A stretch of 64,000 nucleotides of DNA. Origin: an uncultured Methanosarcinales archaeon. Lineage in GTDB: Archaea > Halobacteriota > Methanosarcinia > Methanotrichales > Methanotrichaceae. The stretch covers positions 32,001 through 96,000 of the forward strand of contig CAWJKV010000014.1 in the NCBI GenBank assembly GCA_963843555.1, written 5' to 3'. Made by a program: the position numbers and the translations under genes. Every line of letters begins with the position of its first letter. Position 1 is the first letter of the stretch. Below the pieces are notes generated by a model. The model was not told the origin of the DNA and searched no databases. It saw only the letters and a program-made list of their open reading frames with translations. Positions 1 to 10,113 of this stretch are shown piece after piece.

Positions 1-2
1 CT

Positions 3-899
3 TTCTTCCTGTATGATGTGCTCAACAGGTTCAGAGAGATCTCTCTCATGCGAGGCGATAAGACCTTCGCCGATATTTGCACCAGCGAGGCTGCCCGTCT
101 CCGCCAGTCGATCAGAGAGAACGGATGGGACGGCAAATGGTATTTACGGGCTTATTTTGATAGCGGAGAGCCCCTGGGGTCTTCGGCTAATGAAGAATGT
201 CAGATCGACTCCCTCACGCAGAGCTGGTCGGTTCTCTCCGGTGCAGGAGATCCGGAAAGATCAAAGACGGCCATGATGGAGGTGGATCGCAGGTTGGTAA
301 GAAGGGATGAATCGCTGATTATGCTCCTGACGCCGCCCTTTGATAAGTCCGACATGGATCCGGGTTACATCAAAGGATACATTCCGGGAGTGAGAGAGAA
401 CGGCGGGCAGTACACTCATGCCGCCATCTGGGTAACAATGGCTTTTGCCGCCATGGGTGACAGCCTCCGGGCCTGGGAGCTGCTGGATATGATTAATCCA
501 GTGAATCACGGCTCGACTCCGGAACAGGTGGCAGTCTACAGGACGGAGCCGTATGTCATGGCGGCCGATGTCTATGCTATGCCGCCGCATGTTGGGCGGG
601 GCGGATGGACCTGGTACACAGGAGCGTCGGGATGGATGTACCGGCTCATTGTCGAGTCATTGCTCGGAATGAAGCTGGATGCTGACAAGCTGCATTTTGC
701 ACCATGTATTCCTGTTGATTGGAAGTCGTTTATCCTGCATTACCGCTATCGTGAAACGTTCTACCACATTACTGTCGAGAGGACGGGGGAAGGATGCATA
801 GTATCAAGCGTGACGGTGGACGGCCTGGCGCAGGAGGATAGGATGGTGCACCTGGTCGATGATCGGAAGGAGCATAATGTGGGGGTGAAGATAGGATAG
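3..899 (+). CDS. C-terminal GH94 phosphorylase domain of an NdvB/cyclic beta-1,2-glucan synthase-like protein (5' partial)
   Basis: Frame is open from the window edge. Motifs WDGKWYLRAYFD, ENGGQYTHAAIW, EPYVMAADVY and GRGGWTWYTGASGWMY are typical of the NdvB/GH94 C-terminus. Confidence 0.85.
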   Translation, partial: FFLYDVLNRFREISLMRGDKTFADICTSEAARLRQSIRENGWDGKWYLRAYFDSGEPLGSSANEECQIDSLTQSWSVLSGAGDPERSKTAMMEVDRRLVRRDESLIMLLTPPFDKSDMDPGYIKGYIPGVRENGGQYTHAAIWVTMAFAAMGDSLRAWELLDMINPVNHGSTPEQVAVYRTEPYVMAADVYAMPPHVGRGGWTWYTGASGWMYRLIVESLLGMKLDADKLHFAPCIPVDWKSFILHYRYRETFYHITVERTGEGCIVSSVTVDGLAQEDRMVHLVDDRKEHNVGVKIG

Positions 900-1274
900 G
901 ACTTCTAGAGGATGAAAGTTCGAAAGGAACTATCATTCTCATTCTCTTGTCGTCGGGAAAGATATTCCACTATCTACTTGAAAACTAATGAGAATCGTGT
1001 TGATCCGACAGTAAATCTTCCAATAACTCTTCTCTTCCCACCCGAGATCTTCGTGATCGGTCATCGCCCCACTTTGGAATCGCGATCGAGGCGTAGGTCG
1101 CATATTTATGGTTCGCGTCTTTGCGCCTTCAGGACCGTAGCCCGGGTTTCTGCAAATTAAATTTATTTAAAATTATAATATATTTGGCCCACTGCAACCA
1201 AGATTCATAGCAAGATATTTAGCTTAATATGAGAAAGTATCTAATGAAAATATAGGCACTTAAGAGGTGTGAAG

Positions 1275-1616
1275 ATGATTGGAGTATGTCCTGGATGTGG
1301 AAAGCCTTTCCGAATTGAGCAGGCAAAAGGCGGAGAAGGATGGGTTTACTGCGAAGACGTATGCATCAGCCCGGCTGATATGCCCACTGGCCAGAGGACG
1401 ATGGCGGATCAAGCCACGAAATTGTACACTGACGGAAACATGAATGAGATGAAGCGAGAGGATTACATCAAGACGCATGGATTCGATCCCGAGCCGGTGA
1501 TGGATGCAGTCAACAAATGGCGTGAAGAGCAGATCATGCAATGGGCTGCCTCAATGGGAAAGAGCGGAGATGAAGTAGACCAGTGGATCAGAAGAATCAG
1601 TAAAAAGTTGCCCTGA
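1275..1616 (+). CDS. Hypothetical protein with N-terminal Zn-ribbon-like Cys motifs
   Basis: CPGC...CEDVC; GAGGTG RBS at 1264-1269. Confidence 0.65.
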   Translation: MIGVCPGCGKPFRIEQAKGGEGWVYCEDVCISPADMPTGQRTMADQATKLYTDGNMNEMKREDYIKTHGFDPEPVMDAVNKWREEQIMQWAASMGKSGDEVDQWIRRISKKLP

Positions 1617-1757
1617 AGCCAGAGCTTAACGCCGAGCAAGAAGATTTGCATCAATCTCGGTCGGTTTATTCCTTTTTTATGCATTTTTCCAAATTTGTCG
1701 TTTGCATGAACGAACGAGGAAAAGCTCATTTAATCGAATAGGATACTAACTATTAAT

Positions 1758-3122
1758 ATGGCCCATGAGAACGTCCCTCCCTGGCTCAGAGAAGTGAAGA
1801 GGACCCGCCCGGTTATTGCCCTCACTCGAGATATTGATTCGGATGTAGCCATTGTGGGAGGAGGAATATCAGGAGTCGCGACTTCTTACTTCCTTCTCCG
1901 CGATACGGGACTGAGTGTAGATCTCATAGAAAAAGGCAGAGTGGCGCACGGGGCCACGGGCCACAATGGCGGTCAGGCAGTGGCCGCCTTCGAGCGTCCT
2001 TTAACGGAGCTCTGCGAAAAATTCGGGGAGGAAAAGGTCTCGGAAGGGCTGTTGGCCATAATAGGTGCCTGGAAACTACTTTACTCCATGATCTCGGAGA
2101 CTGGAATCGACGTCACCCTCCAGGAGGTCAAAGCCCATATTGGCCTCTCTTCCCTCGAAGACGTCCTGATAACGCTCAAGGAAATGCAGCTCTCAGATCG
2201 GTTGGGCCTTCCCAGCGAGGACATATTTCTGGCAGAGGACATTGCAGGAGACATTCCCGGAGAATACCAATGCTTGTTTAAAAGAAGGCAGAGAAAGGAA
2301 ATTGATGAGCTGCTCCTGACACGAGATAGTGGCTATATCTCTGTTCTGATGGTCAGGACTGCTTTGATGAATAGCGCCCTCTTTTGCGAAGAACTGGTCT
2401 CATGGATGCTCGACAATTATCCCGGCAGGTTCAGTGTCTATGAGGATACTGAAGTGAAGAGGATCAAGGTAAGCAGGGGCTCGATCTGCGGCCAAGACAA
2501 CGGCGCCGATCTTGAGGCAGGCAAAAATGTGATCAATGCAAAGCATGCCATTATTTGCACCAATGGCTATAATTATCAGGAGATCGAGGGCCTGGATGAA
2601 TCGACAGGTATGGCCATTAAGGGTATAGTGGGGTTCATGGTCGGGTACATGGGCAGGAAGTTGAGGGATCCTGCAGCTTCGGTCTACTTAAGCTCAAGAA
2701 GATCCGGGCAGGAAGGCTACTTTTACATGAACCGGAGAATGTATATTGATGGCGCTAACCGGGAGCTTACAAGCGTGGGCGGGGCCGACCGTCCTCTGGG
2801 GTCGAATGAGATGTACCGCCCCGAGGATATCCCTGAGGCGGAAGAAGAGTATTCAAAGATCGAAGAATTCTATGGGAAGACGGTCATCGGCGTACCTGCA
2901 GATATGCGTCGGGACTTCTCCTGGCATGGTCTGATGGGCTATACATCCAGCGGAGTCAGAGTTATCGGAAGGGATCCCAATCACTCGTGCCTGGTCTACA
3001 ACATGGGCTGCAACGGCATAGGCTTATTGCCGTCCATCTACGGCGGAAAGAGAGTGGCGCAGATCATTAATGGTGAGGCTCTGGCTCCGTCTATCTTCGA
3101 CCCTATCCGGCCTCGTCATTGA
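1758..3122 (+). CDS. FAD-dependent oxidoreductase (DAO/glycine oxidase-like family)
   Basis: VAIVGGGISG dinucleotide motif, GATGHNGG, C-terminal GCNGIG. Confidence 0.85.
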   Translation: MAHENVPPWLREVKRTRPVIALTRDIDSDVAIVGGGISGVATSYFLLRDTGLSVDLIEKGRVAHGATGHNGGQAVAAFERPLTELCEKFGEEKVSEGLLAIIGAWKLLYSMISETGIDVTLQEVKAHIGLSSLEDVLITLKEMQLSDRLGLPSEDIFLAEDIAGDIPGEYQCLFKRRQRKEIDELLLTRDSGYISVLMVRTALMNSALFCEELVSWMLDNYPGRFSVYEDTEVKRIKVSRGSICGQDNGADLEAGKNVINAKHAIICTNGYNYQEIEGLDESTGMAIKGIVGFMVGYMGRKLRDPAASVYLSSRRSGQEGYFYMNRRMYIDGANRELTSVGGADRPLGSNEMYRPEDIPEAEEEYSKIEEFYGKTVIGVPADMRRDFSWHGLMGYTSSGVRVIGRDPNHSCLVYNMGCNGIGLLPSIYGGKRVAQIINGEALAPSIFDPIRPRH

Positions 3123-3420
3123 AGGCTTTATCGTCCTTCATTCAGAAACCAGTCTTCATCACCGGAGGCCACATGGCCTGCTTCCCGAAGATCGGTAGCC
3201 CTGAAAAAAAGATTGCTGTAAGATGGCTGATCAAATGGTAAATCTATATGATGCGCCGCTCACGAATGTCCCTGTTTCATCATAGCCCAAAAAGTAGTTT
3301 TATTCATTTTTCGCCTCAATTTCAATTATTTACACTCCCCTATAAAGCCAGCTTACGGTCGGCTGGTATTCCAATTGCATTTGCTAATGTAAAAAAGTAT
3401 GCTTTGTTTGCACCTACTCA

Positions 3421-4014
3421 TTAAAAATAGCCCTTGCAGGCCTTTTGAACTAAGAAAAGCAAGAGCACTGCTACATCCTCAGTGCTGTAAACCCTCATTA
3501 GCCCTCGATCAAATAGGATAGTCGCTCCTCCTGGCAGCTCCTCATCCCCCATCCAGAAGAGGATTCGTGCGAATATCCCGGGAAAGGTGGCGACCTCTAC
3601 CGCGGTATCCCCTCCTTCAACCATTCTACCTTTGAAGCGCACCACCAGAATTTCTGTCAAATTCTCCGGATCCTTCTGGAAGCATTCCAATAGCGGTTTT
3701 ATGGTACTTTTCTGAAAGGCAGGCCAGAAGACCTGGCCGCCCTCGATCTCTTTGAAGGATATCCATTCGCCTGTAGGGTGAAAGCCATACTTTTGGAGGC
3801 CGATCAGGTAGTGAAGTATGAGAACTGCCTCCACTTCCCCGGCAGGAGAATTGGTGGCAACAGCCAGGACAGCTCTTTCATCAACTCTTACTTCGTAATT
3901 GTCTTCCAGGAGCAGTACGCTATATTTGGAGAATTCAGCCAGCTCTTTCAATTCGTCCAGGGCCTTATTTAATGAGATCTCGTAACCCATCAGATTCTCT
4001 GGGGGCGTGTTCAT
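3421..4014 (-). CDS. DUF3786-like protein
   Basis: ILHYL...GEWISFKEIEGG, FWMGDEELP...ILFD...STEDV pattern; start reassigned to ATG at 4014. Confidence 0.7.
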   Translation of the reverse strand: MNTPPENLMGYEISLNKALDELKELAEFSKYSVLLLEDNYEVRVDERAVLAVATNSPAGEVEAVLILHYLIGLQKYGFHPTGEWISFKEIEGGQVFWPAFQKSTIKPLLECFQKDPENLTEILVVRFKGRMVEGGDTAVEVATFPGIFARILFWMGDEELPGGATILFDRGLMRVYSTEDVAVLLLFLVQKACKGYF

Positions 4015-4124
4015 ATTTTTCTTTTTTGGAGTGGAACGGCAGCGGTGAACCCGCGCAGCAAGCATCGGGAGTATTACGATAAAAATAAAAATTCAAGAAG
4101 TGAAATTATTAAATTTTGCCTTTA

Positions 4125-5684
4125 CTACTCAGAACCGCGAGGAACCTCCTGGTCCTTCTTTGGTATGCCAAAAAATGCCAATGCGGCGCAAACCAGGAAG
4201 ACAGCAGCTGCCACCAATAGCACTTCAGTCAACCCAATTTGATAAGCCTGCTGATAACCCCCCACCAATCCCTCCAGCTTAGACACCGGAATTGAATACT
4301 TTGAGGCCACTGAACCGACATTGCTTCCTAATATTTGCTTGAGAACCGTAGTAGCATTCTGAATCTGAGACTGATTTAGTCCAGCACCTCCTAAAATATG
4401 GTAGTAAGCATTCGTTCCGAATATGATGAATAGAGTATTCATTAGAGCAATTCCAAGGGAACTGCCTAAAGTCTGGCCAGCATTGTTGGCCGCGGAAGCG
4501 GAACCTGCCAGTTCCTTGGGCGGAACGCTCAGTGTCACGTTAGCCTGAGCAGTATTAGCAATTCCCAAGCCGAGACCGAACAATACCTCAGCAGCTATCA
4601 AGACCCAGAGAATTTCATCAGTAAGAGCTCGAGACATGAAGAGCAGGCCGAGCGCTGCAATGATGTTACCAAAGAATAAAATATTTCGGTTTCCAAACCG
4701 GCTTATGATCAAGCCGCCGAGTATACTGAAAGCAAATAAAGACATAGCCAACGGTATCATCGCCAGAGCAGATTTTTCGGGTGGTATCTTGAGCAGAATT
4801 TGCAGATAATTGGATATCTGGAAGTTAACACCGCTGATTCCCAAACCCATCAAGACATTCACAATCATGCTGACAGAAAAAACGCGATTAAGGAAGAGCC
4901 CAAATGGCAGGGCAGCATAATGTATTCGTGACTCCCACCAAAAGAAGGCACACATGATAGCCATGCCAAGGAAAATGGGTACCAGAACATTTTTTTGTAT
5001 GAAACCATTCAGCCCATTGGCCTCATTAATACCGTAGACTATTCCTATGAGGCCTGCCGCGCAAAGAAAGATGCCTACCCAATCCACTCTTTTCTGGGAC
5101 GCGGATTTGCTCTCAGGCACAATCTTCAGTACCAGGAGGAGCGCAACTAATCCGACCAGTATGGTAATAGAAAATGCGAATCTCCAGCCGTATGTCTGGT
5201 TCAGCCATTGAATGGCCAGTGTGGATAATCCAACGACAAGACCAGAGGACCCTCCAAAGATACCAATCGCTTTGGGACGCTCTTGCGAGCTAAAAGAAAT
5301 CACTATGATAGCCAGAGATAGGGGGCTAACCAAAGCACCACTGATACCAGCAAGTGCCTGGGCCCCTAACAAGAAATTAAAGGAAATTGCTGCAGCCGAG
5401 AGAATTGATGCGATTATTGAGCCTACCAGGCCTACTAAGAGCAATCGTTTTCTTCCATGGATATCCCCAAGGGTTCCGCCTCCCAGGATGAAGGCTGAAA
5501 GAACCAATAAGCCTATGCTTACAAGCATTCCAATCGAGGAGCTGGGTACACCGAAATTCTTCTGAATGGACGGTGCGATAAAGGCAATCATCGATAGACC
5601 GATGGCTGGCACCATGGCTGCCAGAGTGCATGCTGCCAGGATACGCCAGCGATTGGGATTTAGTTCAACAATATCGGATTGCAT
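4125..5684 (-). CDS. MFS drug:H+ antiporter (DHA2, EmrB/QacA-like)
   Basis: About 14 hydrophobic segments; motif A GTLGDIHGRKR; GWRFAF; VDWVG. Confidence 0.9.
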   Translation of the reverse strand: MQSDIVELNPNRWRILAACTLAAMVPAIGLSMIAFIAPSIQKNFGVPSSSIGMLVSIGLLVLSAFILGGGTLGDIHGRKRLLLVGLVGSIIASILSAAAISFNFLLGAQALAGISGALVSPLSLAIIVISFSSQERPKAIGIFGGSSGLVVGLSTLAIQWLNQTYGWRFAFSITILVGLVALLLVLKIVPESKSASQKRVDWVGIFLCAAGLIGIVYGINEANGLNGFIQKNVLVPIFLGMAIMCAFFWWESRIHYAALPFGLFLNRVFSVSMIVNVLMGLGISGVNFQISNYLQILLKIPPEKSALAMIPLAMSLFAFSILGGLIISRFGNRNILFFGNIIAALGLLFMSRALTDEILWVLIAAEVLFGLGLGIANTAQANVTLSVPPKELAGSASAANNAGQTLGSSLGIALMNTLFIIFGTNAYYHILGGAGLNQSQIQNATTVLKQILGSNVGSVASKYSIPVSKLEGLVGGYQQAYQIGLTEVLLVAAAVFLVCAALAFFGIPKKDQEVPRGSE

Positions 5685-6070
5685 GTATCGTCTCGCTCCT
5701 CAAAAGCTTCCACTGCTGATCGGATGTTCCCAATTTTTCTTATGCCGGGTCTAGGCCCCTTCGACTGTGAGGCTGAATCGAATGGTTGAATAAAGCTATC
5801 ACCCTTTACCCAAGATGTATGCTCACTGCTGGTAGAAGAAATTTTCCTAATTTTGAATCTCATCTCAAGAATCAAATGCTATCGCGGTATTCCCAAGCCT
5901 TATGGTGCTCTAACGACATGGGAATTGCCAAAGTCAACAGCAAATCCTAAGTTCCAGATTTTTTCCATTTTGGTGGTGCAGTCGTGCAGTCACTATGACT
6001 CGAAAGAAAGTTATTAATGTTCAAAAATACTATAATATCTCAACAGATCAATATGGATGAGGAATGAAAT

Positions 6071-7117
6071 ATGAAATTAGGAAATATCTTGAAATTTGCC
6101 CTGTTTCTCCTGGTGATAGCAGTACCAATCGCTGGCGCTGAGAACGCCACAGAGAAGATCTGGTATATAAGCCCTGAAATGGCCTCCTGCACGGGTGTAT
6201 CTCCGCAAATGTGCCTGCAGGTCAAGGAAAATCCGCAGGAAAACTACACCCTATTTTACGGCGGGATAGAGGGATTCTGTTATAGGCCGGGTTATGAGTA
6301 TGAAATCAAAGTCAGAGAGGAGCCAGTTATAAATCCTCCGGCCGATGCGTCCTCCAAGAACTGGATCCTGGTTGAAGTGATCAGCAAGACAGGCGCTGTT
6401 ACAAGCTCAAACCTGGAAGGGGCTTCATGGTCTCTGGACACCTACCTCGACCAGGAAGGCAAAACAGAATGTGTGCTACCTTATACTGAAATTACTGCTC
6501 TATTCGAGTCAGGCCGGGTTTCTGGCAATGGGGGATGCAATAGCTATGGAGGCAACTACGTTAGAAAAGGGGATAATATTACAGTGGGCATGATTATTTC
6601 GACGTTGATGTTCTGTGCGGATAATATTTCGGACCAGGAATCGGAATATTTGCAAAATCTGCAGAATGCAGCCACATACAATGTCTCTGGCAATCTGCTG
6701 AGGATGATGAACGCGAATGGAACCATAATCCTAACTTATTCTGTAGTTCAGCCCCTGCCCCTATCGGGCACAAACTGGAGTATGCTATATTACAATAACG
6801 GCAAAGATGCCCTGGTTTCAGCCTTGGCAGGGATGGAGGTTACTGCCCACTTCAATGTCGATGGAAATCTAACGGGCTCGGCTGGCTGCAACAACTATGG
6901 GGCAAGTTATCAGGCCAATGGCAGCATGATCGAGATAGGGCCGGTAGCTACCACCCTCATGTATTGTTCTGAGCCAGAAGGCATCATGGAGCAGGAGAGC
7001 GAATACCTGACCGCCCTGCAGTCTGCAGCCAGCTACAGGATTGAAGGACAAGAATTGTCGCTCCTTTATGCAAACAATACCACAGCCATCACCTACAAGA
7101 ATGCTGCAGCCCTTTGA
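6071..7117 (+). CDS. Secreted DUF4377-like + tandem META (HslJ) domain protein
   Basis: Signal peptide; GIEGFCYRPGYEY; two copies of G.GGCN.Y...STLM.C. Confidence 0.85.
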   Translation: MKLGNILKFALFLLVIAVPIAGAENATEKIWYISPEMASCTGVSPQMCLQVKENPQENYTLFYGGIEGFCYRPGYEYEIKVREEPVINPPADASSKNWILVEVISKTGAVTSSNLEGASWSLDTYLDQEGKTECVLPYTEITALFESGRVSGNGGCNSYGGNYVRKGDNITVGMIISTLMFCADNISDQESEYLQNLQNAATYNVSGNLLRMMNANGTIILTYSVVQPLPLSGTNWSMLYYNNGKDALVSALAGMEVTAHFNVDGNLTGSAGCNNYGASYQANGSMIEIGPVATTLMYCSEPEGIMEQESEYLTALQSAASYRIEGQELSLLYANNTTAITYKNAAAL

Positions 7118-7497
7118 GGATGATCTGAGACTGGAAATCTGTCGATAATCCTTAGGCGCGACTGTGCGCAAAGGCTCGGAAGCTGACGCTTCCGGGCTCA
7201 AATTATCTTATGAGTTTTCTCAGACAGGATTGGATACGAATTGTGACATGAATTGAATAAATCATCCCTAAAATTCGTCAGAATTAGTGATCCTTAGCCG
7301 ATTCTTAATTCTTCATACTTTTATGAAAGCATCTCAAATATCTGTATATATGAATCATGATACTTTATAATGGCCAACTCTCAATAAGATGAAAGAACCA
7401 GGATCAAAAAACCTTTTCGACACCCATATCTTTGGCAACTCACAACCACGGTACTGGGAAAGATTTGGCAAGATACCAGTCTATAAAGGAGATAAAC

Positions 7498-9870
7498 ATG
7501 TCAAAGCAACCTGATAAACACCTGCGTGCACATCTGCCCATCCCAGAAGTGCCGAAGTCGGGCCTGACGACGTACGATGCCAAGGACCCGGACACCACGT
7601 ACCCGCCGATCGAGCCGCTTCGTCCGCCTGCTGGCGCGCCCAATGTGCTGATCATCCTGCTCGACGATGCGGGTTTTGGCTCGTCAAGCGCGTTCGGTGG
7701 GCCGTGCCACACCCCGACCTTTGAGAAGCTGGCAGCCGGAGGGCTGAGATACAATCGCTTCCACACCTGCGCGCTGTGCGCTCCCACTCGTCAGGCTCTG
7801 ATGACCGGTCGCAACCACCACTCTGTGGGCATGGGCAACATCACCGAGATTGCCACATCGGCTCCCGGCCAAAACTCGCTACGGCCCAACACAAAAGCGC
7901 CGATGGCCTTGACCCTGAAGTTGAACGGCTACTCCACAGCCATGTTCGGCAAGTGTCATGAAGTGCCGGTCTGGGAAAGCAGCCCCATGGGGCCGTTCGA
8001 GCACTGGCCTTCTGGCGGCGGCGGCTTCGAGTACTTCTACGGCTTCATTGGAGGGGAGAGTAACCAGTGGGATCCGGCGCTGTATGAGGGCCAAACTCCG
8101 ATCGAGCCGCCGGCAACGCCTGAAGAGGGATACCACCTGACTGAAGACCTGGCAGATCATGCCGTCAACTGGATTCGCCAGCAAAAGGCGCTGATGCCCG
8201 ACAAACCCTTCTTCGTATACTTTTCGACGGGTGCGACGCACGCCCCGCACCATGTGCCCAAGGAGTGGGCTGATAAGTACAAGGGCAAGTTCGCCCAGGG
8301 CTGGGACAAAGTGCGAGAGGAAACCTTCGCACGCCAAAAGGCGTTGGGTGTCATCCCGCAGGATGCCGAGCTGACACGACGCCACACTGAGATTCCCGGC
8401 TGGGAGGATATGCCTGCCGAGCTCAAGCCTGTGCTCGAGCGCGAGATGGAAGTGTACGCTGGATTCATGGAGCACACCGACTATCACGTCGGACGCGTGA
8501 TCGATGCCATTGAAGACCTGGGAGTTATGGACGACACGTTGATCTTCTGCATCATTGGAGACAACGGCGCCTCAGCCGAAGGAACATTGAATGGCGCGTT
8601 TAACGAGATGGCCAATTTCAACGGAATGGCCGCCCTGGAGACGCCGGAGTTCATGTTGTCCAAGATGGATGAGTTCGGCTCACCAGAGTCGTACAATCAC
8701 TACGCCGTGGGTTGGGCGCACGCCATGGACGCGCCGTATCAATGGACCAAGCAGGTCGCTTCGCACTGGGGCGGGACGCGCAATGGCACAATAGTGCACT
8801 GGTCTAAGGGCATTTCGGAAAAAGGAGGCCTGCGCTCTCAGTTTTGCCACGTCATTGACGTCGCCCCGACTATCCTGGAGGCCGCCGGGCTCCCTGAGCC
8901 GGTATCGGTCAACGGCGTCCAGCAGTCGCCGATGGAAGGCACGAGCATAGCATACAGCTTCAACGAGGCCAATGCCCCCGAACGGCATTACCTGCAGTAC
9001 TTCGAGATGTTCGGCAACCGGGGCCTCTACTACAAAGGCTGGAGCGCCGTAACCAAGCACCGCACTCCGTGGCTGATGGTCGGGCAGAAGATGGTGGCCT
9101 TCGATGACGATATCTGGGAGCTGTACGATGGCAGCAAGGACTTCACCCAGGCGAACGATCAGTCAAAAGAGATGCCGGATATGCTACATAAGCTGCAGCG
9201 TCTGTGGCTGATCGAGGCGACCAAGTACAACGTCATCCCGTTGGATGACCGGCAGGCCGAGCGCTTCTTCCCCGATATTGCCGGACGGCCAACACTCATC
9301 CAGGGCAATTCGCAGTTATTCTTCCCCGGGATGGGACGCCTGTCGGAAAGCAGTGTCGTCAACATGAAGAACAAATCGTTCTCCGTCACTGCCGAGATCG
9401 AGCTTGCCGGCAAAGTCGCCAATGGCGTGATCATCGCCCAGGGTGGCCGTTTCGGCGGCTGGAGCGTGTATGCCAAGGAGGGATTTGCCAGGTTCACCTA
9501 CAATGTGCTGGGCATCCACGAATTTCCGACCGAGGCGACGGAGCCGATTCCCCAGGGCAGGCATCAGGTGCGAATGGAATTTGCCTACGACGGCGGCGGC
9601 CTGGCCAAGGGCGGCAACGTCACGCTGTACTACGATGGCAAGGAAGTGGGCAAAGGTCGCGTGGCCGCCACCCAGCCGATGATATTCTCGGCGGACGAGA
9701 CGACGGATATCGGCTACGAGTCCGGCACGCCTGTCAGCCCCGATTACAGCACCAAGACGAGCAAGTTCACAGGCAAGATTCACTGGGTGCAGCTCGACGT
9801 GGGCAAGGACGATCACGACCACTTCATTGATCCCGAGGAGCGGCTGCGTATTGCCATGGCAAGACAGTAA
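7498..9870 (+). CDS. Arylsulfatase (large bacterial AtsD-like, Cys-type formylglycine enzyme)
   Basis: PNVLIILLDDAG, C-A-P-T-R signature with LMTGR, GYSTAMFGKCH, GDNG; AGGAG RBS before ATG 7498. Confidence 0.92.
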   Translation: MSKQPDKHLRAHLPIPEVPKSGLTTYDAKDPDTTYPPIEPLRPPAGAPNVLIILLDDAGFGSSSAFGGPCHTPTFEKLAAGGLRYNRFHTCALCAPTRQALMTGRNHHSVGMGNITEIATSAPGQNSLRPNTKAPMALTLKLNGYSTAMFGKCHEVPVWESSPMGPFEHWPSGGGGFEYFYGFIGGESNQWDPALYEGQTPIEPPATPEEGYHLTEDLADHAVNWIRQQKALMPDKPFFVYFSTGATHAPHHVPKEWADKYKGKFAQGWDKVREETFARQKALGVIPQDAELTRRHTEIPGWEDMPAELKPVLEREMEVYAGFMEHTDYHVGRVIDAIEDLGVMDDTLIFCIIGDNGASAEGTLNGAFNEMANFNGMAALETPEFMLSKMDEFGSPESYNHYAVGWAHAMDAPYQWTKQVASHWGGTRNGTIVHWSKGISEKGGLRSQFCHVIDVAPTILEAAGLPEPVSVNGVQQSPMEGTSIAYSFNEANAPERHYLQYFEMFGNRGLYYKGWSAVTKHRTPWLMVGQKMVAFDDDIWELYDGSKDFTQANDQSKEMPDMLHKLQRLWLIEATKYNVIPLDDRQAERFFPDIAGRPTLIQGNSQLFFPGMGRLSESSVVNMKNKSFSVTAEIELAGKVANGVIIAQGGRFGGWSVYAKEGFARFTYNVLGIHEFPTEATEPIPQGRHQVRMEFAYDGGGLAKGGNVTLYYDGKEVGKGRVAATQPMIFSADETTDIGYESGTPVSPDYSTKTSKFTGKIHWVQLDVGKDDHDHFIDPEERLRIAMARQ

Positions 9871-10113
9871 GTCGCTCGGAGATGAGATGAAGAAACATAG
9901 AGGCATCCGCTCTGTTAAGTGGCGGAAGTCTCTTGTTTTATTTAGCAGCATCAACCAACCCCTGTAAGATTGTCCTCGGCCCGCTCATCGGCCATCGCCA
10001 GGATAGGGCTAGGATGGTCGCACCTGCTTAAATTTCGCAAGCAAAACATTTAACAGATGGATGGGCAGAAATTATGAAAGCAAAAAGGGAAAAGCGCTAA
10101 CGTCAGGACATAA

